Origin: the human T2T-CHM13v2.0 reference genome, Homo sapiens
DNA length: 64,000 nt
NCBI RefSeq assembly: GCF_009914755.1
Contig: NC_060929.1
Direction: 5' to 3' (one strand)
Part shown: piece after piece, positions 13,700 to 27,046 of the stretch
How the letters are laid out: each line of letters opens with the position of its first letter
Position numbering within the stretch: position 1 is the stretch's first letter
Position numbers and translations under genes: made by a program
The notes under the pieces: generated by a model
Database searches by the model: none
Told to the model about the DNA's origin: nothing
The model's input: the letters and a program-made list of their open reading frames with translations, nothing else

Positions 13700-15290
13700 A
13701 AGAGCCCCGTGAACTTGGCATGAGATTTCTTTAAATATTCAGATCAATTTGAGAGGAGTGGACACCTTAAAAATATTGACTCTTTCTGTCCTTGAGCATT
13801 GTATATCTGCCCAATTATTTACATATTCTTAGTTTAAGCACTGTGTTCCAATGGTGCCATTGGATGACATCGGGAATGTTCTTTTTCCCTGTATTTGAAT
13901 CATTTTGTACAATGCTGGCATTATTTTCTTTTTAAATATTTAAAACAAATTACTTGTGAAGATATCTGGAGCTAAAATTTTCTTCAAATGCAAGATTTTG
14001 TTTTTTGTTAGAAGAATAATTTTTTCACTGTATTAATTTTCACTGTATCAATTAACACACGGCCCTTCAGACTTTCTCTTTCTTCTTATGTCAGTATAAT
14101 TCGTGTATTTTATAAAATGTTATACATGTCTTCTAAGGTGTAAAATTAGTAATTATAAAATTATATATATTTTCTCTCTATTACCTTTTAATGTCCATCA
14201 TAAGATCTGTATTAATGCCCCCTCTTTTACTTGTAATATTGATAATTCTACCAACAACCCTTGAACTTGAGGGGGACAGAAAAACCTCAAATGAAATTGC
14301 AACTCGAAATAATCACTGTGACTTTTTTGTTAACTCCGCCAGGATTTTATCAGTTTTATGAACCTTTTCAAATAACTTGCTTTTAGTTTTATTGATATTT
14401 CTCTCAAGATTTTTCTTTTATTGTTTTCAGCTTTTATGTATATTTATTCCATATTTTAATTTATTTTAGGTTTAATTTACTCCTGTTTTCCCACCATCTA
14501 GTGATGAAAACTTTGTCCATTGATCATAAAGACTTAAAGCTCTAAAAATTTCTTTAAGCATCCCAAATTCTGATTATGTTCATATGAAGTTCCAAATATT
14601 TTTATATCCTTACAATTTATTTATTCAGCTATTCATGATCATATGGAATGGTATTAAACAGTTTCTGACTATTTGAAAATTTTCTACATACTTTTGTTGT
14701 TGATTCTAATTTAATTTAACTTTTGTCAGAAATTTATCAAGACTTATTTTACATTTCAAACGATAGTTCATCTTTGTGAATGCTCCATATGTTCTTGAAA
14801 AAACTGTGTGTTTTACAGCAAGGTCACTTTATTTTATATGATCAGATCTCCAGCGTTGCCCTGTATAACTTTTGTCTCACTTGTATAACTTCTGTAATCT
14901 CTATTTTACTCACAGCTCTCTAGGACTGTTCTCTGCCTGACCTCTCAGAATGTTGTTTTTTATATGTACAACTTAATATTGAGATACTGGCTGAAGGAAG
15001 CAGTTTTTGGGATTTGCTTACTTCCACCTTCTCTAGTTAACTATCCCTCAAATTGTAGCCGTCTCAACAGCCCCATCCCCTGATCTCTACCTATTTTACT
15101 CAGCAAGACCACTGCTATGTGATTAAGGTCCACTTCCTGTGCTGCAGTTTGAAAAGTGCTCCATGCACAAAACTGTTTTCAAAATGACTCTGTCTCATTG
15201 GGATCACAACCTTCTGCTTTCTGTTATTCAATGAACAAAGCCAGTTGAAAGATTCATTTTGCATGGTAATATGGTGGATACTTATGTAAG
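13700..15290 (-). mobile_element. Ancient L1M (L1MD/ME-like) fragments
   Basis: Degenerate antisense L1 motifs (cagatcaatttgagagga, gtgaatgctccatatgttcttgaaaa); boundaries approximate. Confidence 0.6.
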
Positions 15291-15304
15291 CAGGTAAATC
15301 ACCT

Positions 15305-15812
15305 CCCTATTCTGTTCCATTGGCCTGGGTGCCTGTTTTTGCACCAGTACCATGCTGTTTTGGTTACTGTACCCTTATGGTATAGTTTGAAGTAAGATAA
15401 TGTGATGCACCTGGCTTTGTTCCTTCTGCTTATATTTGCCTTGGCTATTCAAGCTCTTTTTTTGGTTCCAAAGAAATTTTAGAATAGATTTTTTCTAGTT
15501 CCGTGAAAATTACATAGGTAGCTTAATAGAAATAGTGATGAATCTGTACTTTGCTTTAGGTAGTATGGCCATTTTAATGACATTTATTCTCTTAATTCAT
15601 GAGCATGTAATGTTTTCTATATTTGTTTGTATTTTCTATTATTTCTTTCAGCAGTGTTTTGTAGTTCTCATAGAGATCTTTCACCTCCTTGGTTAGATGT
15701 ATTCCTAGGTATTTTATTTTTTTTTGTTGCTATCATAAATGAGACTGCATTCTCGATTTGGCTTTCCACTTGCATATTATTGGGGTATACAAATGCTACT
15801 GATTTTGTACAA
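15305..15812 (-). mobile_element. Internal L1 ORF2 fragment (L1PA16/L1PB age)
   Basis: ctattctgttccattgg...ccagtaccatgctgttttggttactgt...atgctactgattttgtaca. Confidence 0.9.
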
Positions 15813-16571
15813 CTTTTTTTCTTTTAGTTCTGCAGCACCTTTTTTTTTAAAAAAATAAACATATTTGTGTTATTTTTTGGTAAATTTGTATAACTTCTCT
15901 TTGTTGTTTCTTTATTATCCTCCCATTCTATCTACCTGCCTTTTATAGTCAACTAGGTTGTAATCAAAGAAAATGGAATCTCAGCGTTATTTCTCCTTTA
16001 GTACCAATTCCACTTATTCTTTGGCATCGAATTAGATGTTAATCAGGACATTTGCTTGCAGATTTTTATATAACAAATATTAAAAAAAGGACTGTGACAC
16101 TTACTTTTAGGAAAATCTTAGATTTCTGCTGGTCTCAGTGGACAAGTTTATACCAATACCCAGTTCTCTTAAATCAGTCTATTTTCTATGCAAATAGAAA
16201 ATATGCAAAGCTAAAGTTATGCTTTAGCTTTTATAACCACAGCTCTGCTTTGACTATCTTAAACATCGCCACTCATCTTTTTAAAAATATTTATTGCATT
16301 TATTTCATCTATTCCAAACTTTATCAACTATACTTAATTTGTTACTTTTATTTGATTATCTACCCTCCTCCGAGGATTATTTTACTTTGCAATTTACCTT
16401 CAAAATCATTATATCTTTTCACTAGTTGTTTCAATTTCCCTCAGTCTCAACATCTACAATGCCCCTTCCTCCAACTCAAAGTGCCTTTTGTCTTCAGATA
16501 TAATCTTATACTTCTTTTGATGAGAGAAAGAGCTATTTTATTCACATTTCACAATTAAGTATTTAGTTGGG

Positions 16572-16836
16572 AGGCAAACAGAGCATAGAATAAGTACAGA
16601 GACTCTAGAACTCCAATGCCTTGACCTACTTGTCAAATCCTTGACCTACTACTTATTACTTGTATAATCCCGGATAAATTACATTATATCTCTGTGCTCC
16701 AATTCCTCAATGACAAAGTTTAACAGTAATGGGCATCACTCAGTAGTTTTCCATTAACAATTAAATAAATTAACCTATGTAGAGCACTCAGAACAAGATT
16801 TAGCACATAAAATGTACTCAATAGATGTAAGATATT
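16572..16836 (+). mobile_element. MIR SINE
   Basis: Core tctctgtgctccaattcctcaatg and 3' gtagagcactcagaaca...gtactcaatagatgt. Confidence 0.8.
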
Positions 16837-17292
16837 CCACTATAACTATTTTCTGAATTTTCAGCTTTTGTGTATGTGTGTACCTAACATGATTCTTTTT
16901 ATGTATATGTTACTCTGAGATGAATTTTCTTATGTCTGTAAAATATTATTTTACTAACTCATAATTTTCCTTAATGATTTTCCTGTTCTTTCTCATTAAA
17001 TATTTTAATAGACAGTATTTTTTCAGAGAACTTTTAGGTTCAGAGCTAAATAGAGTTTAACTTCTCTAAACTTATGTCCCAAAACAAGAAGAAATTGGAC
17101 TCACTAAATGTTCCAGCAGCAGGGATCAGAATAAGCCTTTTTATATCTCTTCGCACAGGAATTGTGATCCTATTCCTTAGTCTTTACAAAGCCCCTAATT
17201 ACTAATATATCAACCTGATAAATGTTAATTCATATATGAGCTAGAATTTTCAGTATTGTACTTTTCCATTTTATAAAAATGTCACCCCTAAG

Positions 17293-18495
17293 TTTTAATA
17301 GACTTTACTTTTAGGACAGTTTTAGTTGTCTCCAAAAAATCTACTGAAGGTACAGAGATTCCCCATATATCCTATTCCCCCACACATGCATAGCCTCTCC
17401 CATTATCAATATCCACCTCCATGGTGGTATATTTGTTACAATTGATAAACCTACATTGACACATCATTATTACACATCATATCATTATTAAACTATTAAA
17501 TTCCACAGTTTACATTAGGACTCATGACACTTTATTGTCTCCCAAAGCCCATAGTTCACATTAGGGTTCATGCTTGGTGATGTGTATTTTATGGGTTTTG
17601 ACACATGTATAATGACATATATCCACCATTGTAGCATCATGCACAATAGTTGCAGTGCCCAAAATCTCATCTGTGCTCTGCTTATTTATCCATCCCTCTC
17701 ATATCCCCTCGCAACCACCAATTTCTTTTTTACTGTCTGCATAATTTTGCCTATTCCAGAATGTCATATAGTTGAAATAATATAGTACATAGCATTTTCA
17801 GATTGACTTCTTTTACTTAATAATATGTATTTAAACTTTTTCCATGTCTTTTTATGGCTTAGTAGCTTACTTAATTTTAGTGTTAAATATTCCATTGTCT
17901 GGATGTACCACAATTTATTTATACTTTTACCTATTTAGTTGCTTCCAAGTTCTAGCAATTATGAATAAAGCTGTTACAAACATCCTTGTCCAAATATTTT
18001 TTCAGATATAAATTTTCAGTTTATTTGAGTAGATACCAAGGAGAACAATTTCTGGATATTTGGTAAGAGTATACTCAGTTTTGTTCAAAGATATCAAACT
18101 GTCTTCCAAAGTGGCTGTACTGCTTTACATTCTCACCAGCTCTGAATGAGCGTTCCTGGTGCTCAACAACCTGGCAAGCATTTGGTGTGGTCCATGTTTT
18201 AGATTGGCCATTCTAAGAGATGTGTAGTGGTATCTATTTTTTTTAATTTGCAATTCCCAAGTGACATATGATATTGAACATCTTTTTAACGTGTACTTGC
18301 CATTTGCATGTGTTTAGTGAGGTGTCTGTTCAAGTCTTTTGCCCATTTTTTAATTGGGTTGTTTGTTCTCTTCTTGTTGAGTTGTAAGTATTCTTTGTGT
18401 ATTTTAAACAGCAATCCTTTATTAGATGTCTTTTGTAAATACTCTCTCCCAGTCTGTTTCTTGTCTTTTTATTTTCTTGACATTGTCTTACATTA
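17293..18495 (-). mobile_element. L1MC1-type 3' end
   Basis: ttttaatagacttta...gtacagagattccccatatatcc...cacacatgcatagcct; continues into antisense ORF2. Confidence 0.9.
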
Positions 18496-18939
18496 ATTAA
18501 ATATTTTTTCAAAAGAATATCTATAGTAATTGTTCTAAATTCTTCATCAAATAGGCCGGATTATAATTTTTGATCAAGTGAAAAGATTAGCGAGAGAAAC
18601 AGTTTGGGCTTAGTTTTTAGTTTTTCTATTACCATAAGACAACTTTCTGCTCCTTTAGAGGAAGCAATTTGTCATGTCATTGACAACCAGCCTCTCCGTC
18701 CTACTTATTTCCCACTCAATGAAACAGAAACTAGAATGTCTTCAGCCTCATAATCCAGTGACAGGTGTACTGATAGATATGGAAGGATAAATGTATTTTC
18801 TCACATACAGTGACATGTGAAGCAAGATACTTAGATACTACTAGTTCTAGTAAGTAATCTAATTGCAATTACATTTATTTAATTACTCTAATTAAGTAAT
18901 TATAGTTTATGAATTCTTCCAAAATAAAAAGGATTCTTT

Positions 18940-18983
18940 GTGTACGTGTGTGTGTGAGTGTGTGTGTGTGTGTGCGTGTGTGT
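18940..18983. repeat. (TG)n microsatellite, interrupted
   Basis: Seen directly. Confidence 0.93.
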
Positions 18984-19504
18984 TTATAATGTGTTTTGGG
19001 GAATGAAAGGGCTAAATTAGAATCTGAAATTGGCATCTACACCAGAATCTGATACAAAAAAAACTTCAATATTAAAGATTATGGAGTACTATTTAATAAA
19101 ATTTAAATACTGTTTCATTGATCATCACGAAAGTTATATTTTGATCTCCTTTGGACGAGGACCTAAATAGAAGAGATTTGTTTTGACTTCAAATGTTTTG
19201 TCTTTTTCTGGGGAGATAAGATTCTTTTGAGATGGTTGATAGAGTTATGATTTTGACTGTTTTAAAAGAAGAGCTTTTATCATATCTTCCTTGTAATAAT
19301 ATTCACGTAGCTATCTCATAGACCTGTATGTTTGAAGTGGGGGAAACTGTCAAAGCACAATTACTTATGGAAAACAGAGGTTATTCTCATGTGTATTAGG
19401 TTTTAAGGGTTTCGTCAGGAAGAGGCTGGAGTGTCCTACCCACTTCCCCATCCTACTCTCAATCATTCAAATATTTTCACCAGAGAAAACATTCCTACTA
19501 CACT

Positions 19505-20290
<786 letters not shown>

Positions 20291-20705
20291 AGGCACAAGA
20301 ATGGACAGCACATCCCTGGCATTAATTCATCTTCCATAACTAAAATAATATACCCAATGAAGAGCAACTCCACATTTTCCCCTACTGCCAGTGCCCGGCA
20401 ACCACCATTCTACTCATTCTGTTCTGTTTCTATGAGTTTGACTATTTTATGTACCTCTTGTAAATCAAATGATGCAGTATTTGTCTTTCTGTGACTGGCT
20501 TATTTCACTGCATAATGTCTTGCAGGTTCATCCCTGTTGTCACAAATGGCAGGATTTTCTTCTTTTTAAAAGCTAAGTGATACTCTGTTGCATGCATATA
20601 CTACATTTTTTAAATTCATTCACCCATTAGGGGACATTTAGGTTGTTTCCATATCTTGGCTATTGTGTGAACAATGCCGTAGTGAATACAGAAATGCAGA
20701 TATGG

Positions 20706-21060
<355 letters not shown>

Positions 21061-21073
21061 TCAATTTTCAATT

Positions 21074-21077
21074 TATA

Positions 21078-21159
<82 letters not shown>
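21074..21159. repeat. (TA)n/(TG)n microsatellite
   Basis: Seen directly. Confidence 0.95.
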
Positions 21160-21162
<3 letters not shown>

Positions 21163-21179
21163 GTAAGTGGGATAGAAAG

Positions 21180-21425
21180 CATTGGTACCATCTTGGCTCA
21201 CTGCAACCTTAACCTCCTGGGTTCAAGCAGTTCTCATGCTGCAGCGTCCTGAGTAGCTAGGATTGACAGACATGCACCACTACGCCTGGCTAATTTTTGT
21301 ATTTTTAGTAGAGATGGGGTTTTGCCATGTTGGCAATACTGGTTTGAAACTCCTGGCCTCAAGTGATCTACACGCGTTGGCCTCCCAAAGTGCTGGGATT
21401 ACAGGCATGAGCCACCACACTGGCC
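21180..21425 (-). mobile_element. Alu (AluJb-like) lacking its tail end
   Basis: atcttggctcactgcaacc...ctcctggcctcaagtgatc...gagccaccacactggcc. Confidence 0.93.
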
Positions 21426-22050
21426 ATTTGACCCATTTTTAATTAGGTTATTTATTATTTTGTTAGTAAGCTGTAGGAGCTATTTATATCTTTGGGCTAC
21501 TAACCTCTTAACAGATATGGTTTGTAAATATTTTTTCCAATTCTATAGGTTGCCTTTTCACTCTGTTGTTTTTTTCCTTTGCTATGCAGAAGCTTTTTAC
21601 TTTGATATAGTACCACTTTCTACTTTTACATTTTTTTTTTTTTTTTTTTGGTTTGTTCTTCTGGTATCATATTCAAGAAATCATTGCCAAAACCAGTGTC
21701 ATGAAACTTTTCCAATATACTTTCTTCTAGGAGTTTTACATTTTCAAATCTTAAGTCATTAATTCACTTTTAGCTGATTTTTGCATGTGGTATAAGTGTC
21801 CATATTCATATACATTTTTGGTAAAAAATGAAAACAGTATTAAATAAACTTTACTTCATTAAATTTGCCAAAATAATTGACTCCATTATTACAGTCACCA
21901 TGTATCATTCAAAATCCTAATAGGCTTATTTTTCCTTATAGTAAATTTTGGCACCAAGGATTTCATTGTTAGTCACTGATAATAACATATTTCATTTAGA
22001 ATCTAATCTTCTCGGATTCTAATCACATGAAGTTGTGAGGTCACTTGGAC

Positions 22051-22629
22051 CAGTGCTGCCCAAAATAATAACCATTGGTCACATGTGGCTTTTTAGCTCT
22101 AGATGAATTAAAATTAAATAATATAAAAAGTTCTGTTCCTCAATTATACTAGGTGATAGGACTTGGCTGTGTCCTCACGCAAATCTCATCTTGAATTGTA
22201 GTTCTAATAATCCCTATGTGTCATGGGAGGGACCCGGTGGGAGGTAATTGAATCATGGGGGTTTTTACTCCTATGCTGTTCTCATGATAGTGAGGGATTT
22301 CTCATGAGATCTGGTGGTTTTATAAGCATCTGGCAGTTCCCCTGCTGGCTCTCATTCTCTCTCCTGCTGCCCTGTGAAGAGGTCACTTCTGCCATTACTG
22401 TAAGTTTTCTGAGGCCTCCCCAACCATGTGGAACTGTGACTTAGTTAAACCTCTTTTCATTATAAATTACCCAGTCTCAGGTATTTCTTCATAGCAGCAT
22501 GAGAATAGACTAATACACTAGGCATATTTTAAATACTCAGTAGGCCTATGAGACTACTGGCTCATGCATTGGATAGTATAGATAGAGAACATTTCCATTA
22601 TCACAGAAAGTTCTATTGCACAACCGTGG
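22051..22629 (-). mobile_element. MER3 (hAT-Charlie) DNA transposon split by a THE1 LTR
   Basis: cacatgtggct...aattaaaattaaata and gaacatttccattatcacagaaagttctattg flank the LTR. Confidence 0.85.
22154..22517 (+). mobile_element. THE1-family (MaLR) solo LTR
   Basis: tgata...ggctgtgtcc...caaatctcatcttgaattgtag to agactaataca; TSD ctagg at 22149-22153 and 22518-22522. Confidence 0.95.
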
Positions 22630-22635
22630 CATAGA

Positions 22636-22805
22636 GCAATAGGTCTCAAACTAACTTGCCCTAGAATGACTTGAAGGGCTTGCTAAAATATGTTAGATTC
22701 CTTCCTCAATAGGACTACAGTGAGGTTTAAGAATTTTCATTTCTGTGAAGTTGCTAGGTGAGATTGATGTTGCCCTACTGGGAAGCACAGATTAAGAGCC
22801 ATTGA
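22636..22805. mobile_element. MER5A-like hAT relic
   Basis: tctcaaact...tagaatgacttgaagggcttgctaaaa...aagaattttcatttct...ctaggtgagattgatgttg. Confidence 0.7.
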
Positions 22806-23946
22806 TTTAGAGTTATTGATTCATTTGCCCAAACTTACAGAAAATACTAAGTAACAGTATTCTAACAGATAGAAGAGTTGTATGTCTAAGTATATGTTTA
22901 ATATTAGAGATCCTGATAGTAGAGAGGAGAATTGCTCTCAGTCAATAGTATTTTAATGCTATCTATAAGTATAAATGGATATAACCCCTAAAAAATTGAA
23001 ATAAAAAATAAATAAATACATTAAAATATTTTTAAAAACCTTTTTATTTGTTGATATTTTAGGCAGAGGCAATTTGATTTAAATAAAATACATAACATTT
23101 TAAAAATTGATGGTATATTTGCTGTAAATGCAAGAGAGTATTTAACAAGGAACATACAATTTACGTTACTGAAATAGGTGAAATGATTGAAATATGTGAA
23201 TATATATATATTTAGATAGCTTTCATAAAGTCACTGTAATAGAGTGCTATTTGTGCAAATGAGTGCAAACATTAATTTACTGATCTTTAAATTTCACTTT
23301 ATTCATGAAAAATTTTGCAATACAATATACTGTATTTTAGTGGTTTTTGGTGACATGGATGAATATTTTAGTGGTAAAGTCTGAGATTTTAGTGCATTCA
23401 TCACCCAAGTAGTGCACATTGTACCCAATATATAGTTTTTTTCCTCGTGTCCCAACCATCCTCCCTCTTCTGAGTCTACAGTACCATTATACCACTCTGT
23501 ATGCCTTTGCTTGGCCATGACTTAGTTCCCACTTATAAATGAGAACATATGGTATTTGGTTTTCCATGAGTTACTTCACTTAGAATAATGGTCCCCAGGT
23601 CCACCCAAGAGTCTGCAAAAGACATTATTTCATTTTTACGGCCAAGTAGTATTCCATGGTGTATATATATACCACATTTCTTTACTCACTTATCAGTTGA
23701 TGAGCACTTCTTAAGTTGATCCCATATCTTTGTAATTGTGAATTGTGCCATGATAAAATATGTGTGCAGGTGTCTTTTTTATATCATAAATTATTTTTCT
23801 TTGGAAAGATTCTCAGTTGTAGGATTGCTGGATTGAAAGGTAGATCTACTTTTAGTTCTTTGAGACATCTCCACACTGTTTTCCATAGAGGTTACACTAA
23901 TTTACATTCCCACCAGCAGTGTATAAGCATTCCTTTTCACCACATC

Positions 23947-24547
23947 TGTTGTGGCTCCTTCACTCCCATAGTTCAACAAGTGGGAGACAGTGTTACAGCT
24001 CTTCTACTCCCACAGTTCGGCAAGTTCTAACTTCTTTTCTCATGACCAAGAGGAATGAGGTATGTGGACACCAGAGAGTGAATAAGGCAGAGTAGAGTTT
24101 TACTGAGTAACAGAAAGAAAGCTCTCAGCAGTGAAAGGGGACCCAAAAGTGGGTTGCTGGCTACAAGGCTGAGTCTGGGGCTTTTATTGGCTTATAATGA
24201 GGAAATGCATGCTGATTGTTTTATAGGTAGGCTTGGAAAAGGCATCATTCAAAAAGAGATAATTAGTGTAGATAATCAACTGGGGGCCGAAGTGAAGGCT
24301 TCTCTCAGGACCTTGGGCTGAGACCAGTCAGGAGCTGGAGTGAAAGTTTGGCCCAGGAACTTGGATTGGGACCAATCAGAGCAGAGTGCACTGAACGGGA
24401 ATGGAAGTTCTCACTCTGCTCTGTGGACTCTGTCTGAATCTGGTAGTTTGATGTTCAGGCTTCAGAGTGTCCTTGACTTGAAGGTCAAGTTTCACTGGGG
24501 ACCTGCCCCTGTCTGCCTAGGAATTTGTCTGCCTGCTATCACTATCT
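23947..24547 (-). mobile_element. ERV1 solo LTR of the LTR27/LTR1/MER52 group
   Basis: Ends cctgcccctgtctgcctaggaatttgtctgcc; 4-bp TSD catc at 23943-23946 and 24548-24551; L1 resumes after it. Confidence 0.85.
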
Positions 24548-26733
24548 CATCCACATCAACATCTATTGTTTTTTGACTTTTAATATGGTCATTCTGTCCT
24601 GGGCAAGGTGGTATCACATTGTGGTTTTAATTTGTGTTTCCCTGAAGATGAGCAATATTGAGCATTTTTTCATGTTTTTTGCCATGTGTATATCTTCTTT
24701 TGAGAAATTTCTATTCATGCCATTTGCCCACTTTTTGATGGAATTATTTATTTTTTATTGCCAATCTGTTTGAGTTCCTTGTAAATTCTGGATATTAGTC
24801 CTTTGTTGAATACATAATTTGCAGATATTTTCTCCCATTCTGTGAGTTGTCTGTTTACTCTGATAATTATTTCTTTTGCTATGCATAAGCTTTTTGTTTT
24901 AATTAGGCCCTATTTATTTATTTTTGGTTTTCTTTCATTTGCTTTTGTAATCTTTGTCATAATTTTTGGCCTGGGCCAATGTTGAGTAGAGTTTTTTTCA
25001 GATTTTTTTTTCTATAATTTGTATGGCTTCAGGTCTTATATTTAAGTATTTAATCCATCTTGCAGTGACTTTGGATATGGTAAGAGATAGGTATCTCATT
25101 TCATTCTTCTATATGTGGCTATTTAGTTTTCTCAGCATTACTTATTGAATAGGATGTCCTTTACTCAATTTATGTTTTTTTAATGCTTTATTGAGTATCA
25201 GTTAGTTGTAAGTATTTTACTCTATTTCTAAGTCCTCTATTCTGTTCCATTTGTCTATGTATCTACTTTTATACCAGTACCATGCTGTTTTGGTTATTAT
25301 TGCCCTGTAGTATAATTTGAAGTTGGGTAATGTAATGCCTCCAGATGTGTTCCTTTCTCTTAGGATTACTTGGGCTAGAAAGGCACGTTTTTGGTTCTAT
25401 ATAAATTTTAGGTTTGTTATTTGTAATTCTGTGAACAGTTATATTGGCATTTTGATAGGAATTGCATTGAATCTGTAGATTGCTTTGGGAAGTATGGTCA
25501 TTTTACTAATATTGACTCTTCCAATCCATGAGCATGCATTGCATTTCCATTTGTTTGTGCCATCTATAATTTATTTCAGCACAGTTTTCTAGTTAACCTT
25601 GTAGAGATCTTTCATTTCCTTTGTTATGTATATTACTAGGTATTTTATTTTAGCTTTTGCAGCTATTGTAAAAAAATTTAGTTCTTGATTTGATTCTCAA
25701 CTTGGTCACTTGTTCATTGTTGGTGTGTAGCAGCACTGCTGATATTTGTACATTGACTTTGTAACCTGAGACTCTACTGAATTTATTTTTCAAATCTATA
25801 AGTCTTTTGAAGAAGTCTTTAGGGTTTTCTAGGTATACAATCATATTGTCAGCAGAGATAGTTTGACTTTCTCTTTTCCAATTTGGGTGCCCTTTCTTTC
25901 TTTCTCTTACCTGATTGCTCTGACTTGGAATTCCAGTACTATGTTGAATAGAAGTGGTGAAAGTAGGTATCCTTGTCTTGTTCTATTTTTTAAAATGCTT
26001 TCGACTTTTCCCCATTCAATATGATGTTGGTTATAAGTTTGGCATATATGGCTTTTATGATTTAGAAATATGTTTCTTCTATGCCTAGTTTATTGAAGGT
26101 TTTTATCATATATCAATGCTAAATTTTACTGAAAATTGTGCTTTTTCTGCATTTATTGAGGTGATCATATGGTCTTTGTTTTTAATTATAATTATGTGAT
26201 TAATTACATTTATTGATTTGTATATGTTGAACAATCCCTGCATCCCTGTAATGAAACCCACTTGATCATGGTGAATTATCTTTCTGAATCTGAACTGAAA
26301 TCTTTGAATTCAGCTTGCTAGTATTTTGTTGAGGATTTTTGCCTCTATGTTTATCAGAGATATTAGTCTGTAGTTTTCTTTTTTATTATGATTTTTTCCT
26401 GGCTTTTGTATCAGAGTTATGCTGGCTTCATATGAGTTAGGGAGGATGTCCTCTTTCTCAGTCTTTTGGAATATTTTCAGTATGACTGGTATCAGTTCTT
26501 CTTTGAATGTCTGTTAGAATTTGGCCGTGACGGTCTGGCCTTGGCTTTTTTATTGTTGTTGGAAATTTTTTTATTACTGACTCAGTCTTCCTGCTTATTA
26601 TTGCTCTGCTTAGGATTTCTGTTTCTTCCTGATTCAAGCTAGAAAGGCTCTATGTTCTAGGATTTTATCTATTACCTCTAAATTTGCTAGTTTGTTGCAT
26701 CCAAATGATCACAGTAGTCTCAAATTATCTTTT

Positions 26734-26895
26734 TTTTTTTTTTTCCAGACAGAGTCTCGCTCTAGTGCCCAGGCTGGAGTGCAGTGGTGCGATCTCAGCT
26801 CACTGCAAGTTCTGCCTCCTGGGTTGACGCCATTCTCCTGCCTCAGTCTCCCGAGTAGCTAGGACTACATGTGCCCACCACCGCACCCGGCTAAT

Positions 26896-26927
<32 letters not shown>

Positions 26928-27046
26928 TAGTAGAGACGGGGTTTCACCGTGTTAGCCAAGATGTTCTCAATCTCCTGACCTTGTGATCTGCCCACCTAGG
27001 CCTCCCAAAGTGCTGGGATTATAGGTGTGAGCCACCACACCCGGCC
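26734..27046 (-). mobile_element. Alu (AluY-like) with (GTTTT)n linker
   Basis: TSD tcaaattatctttt at 26720-26733 and 27047-27060. Confidence 0.97.

Noticed and set aside
16052-16558. 168-aa ORF
   Set aside because: Non-ATG start, low-complexity F/L/I/Y composition from T-rich DNA, no recognisable domain
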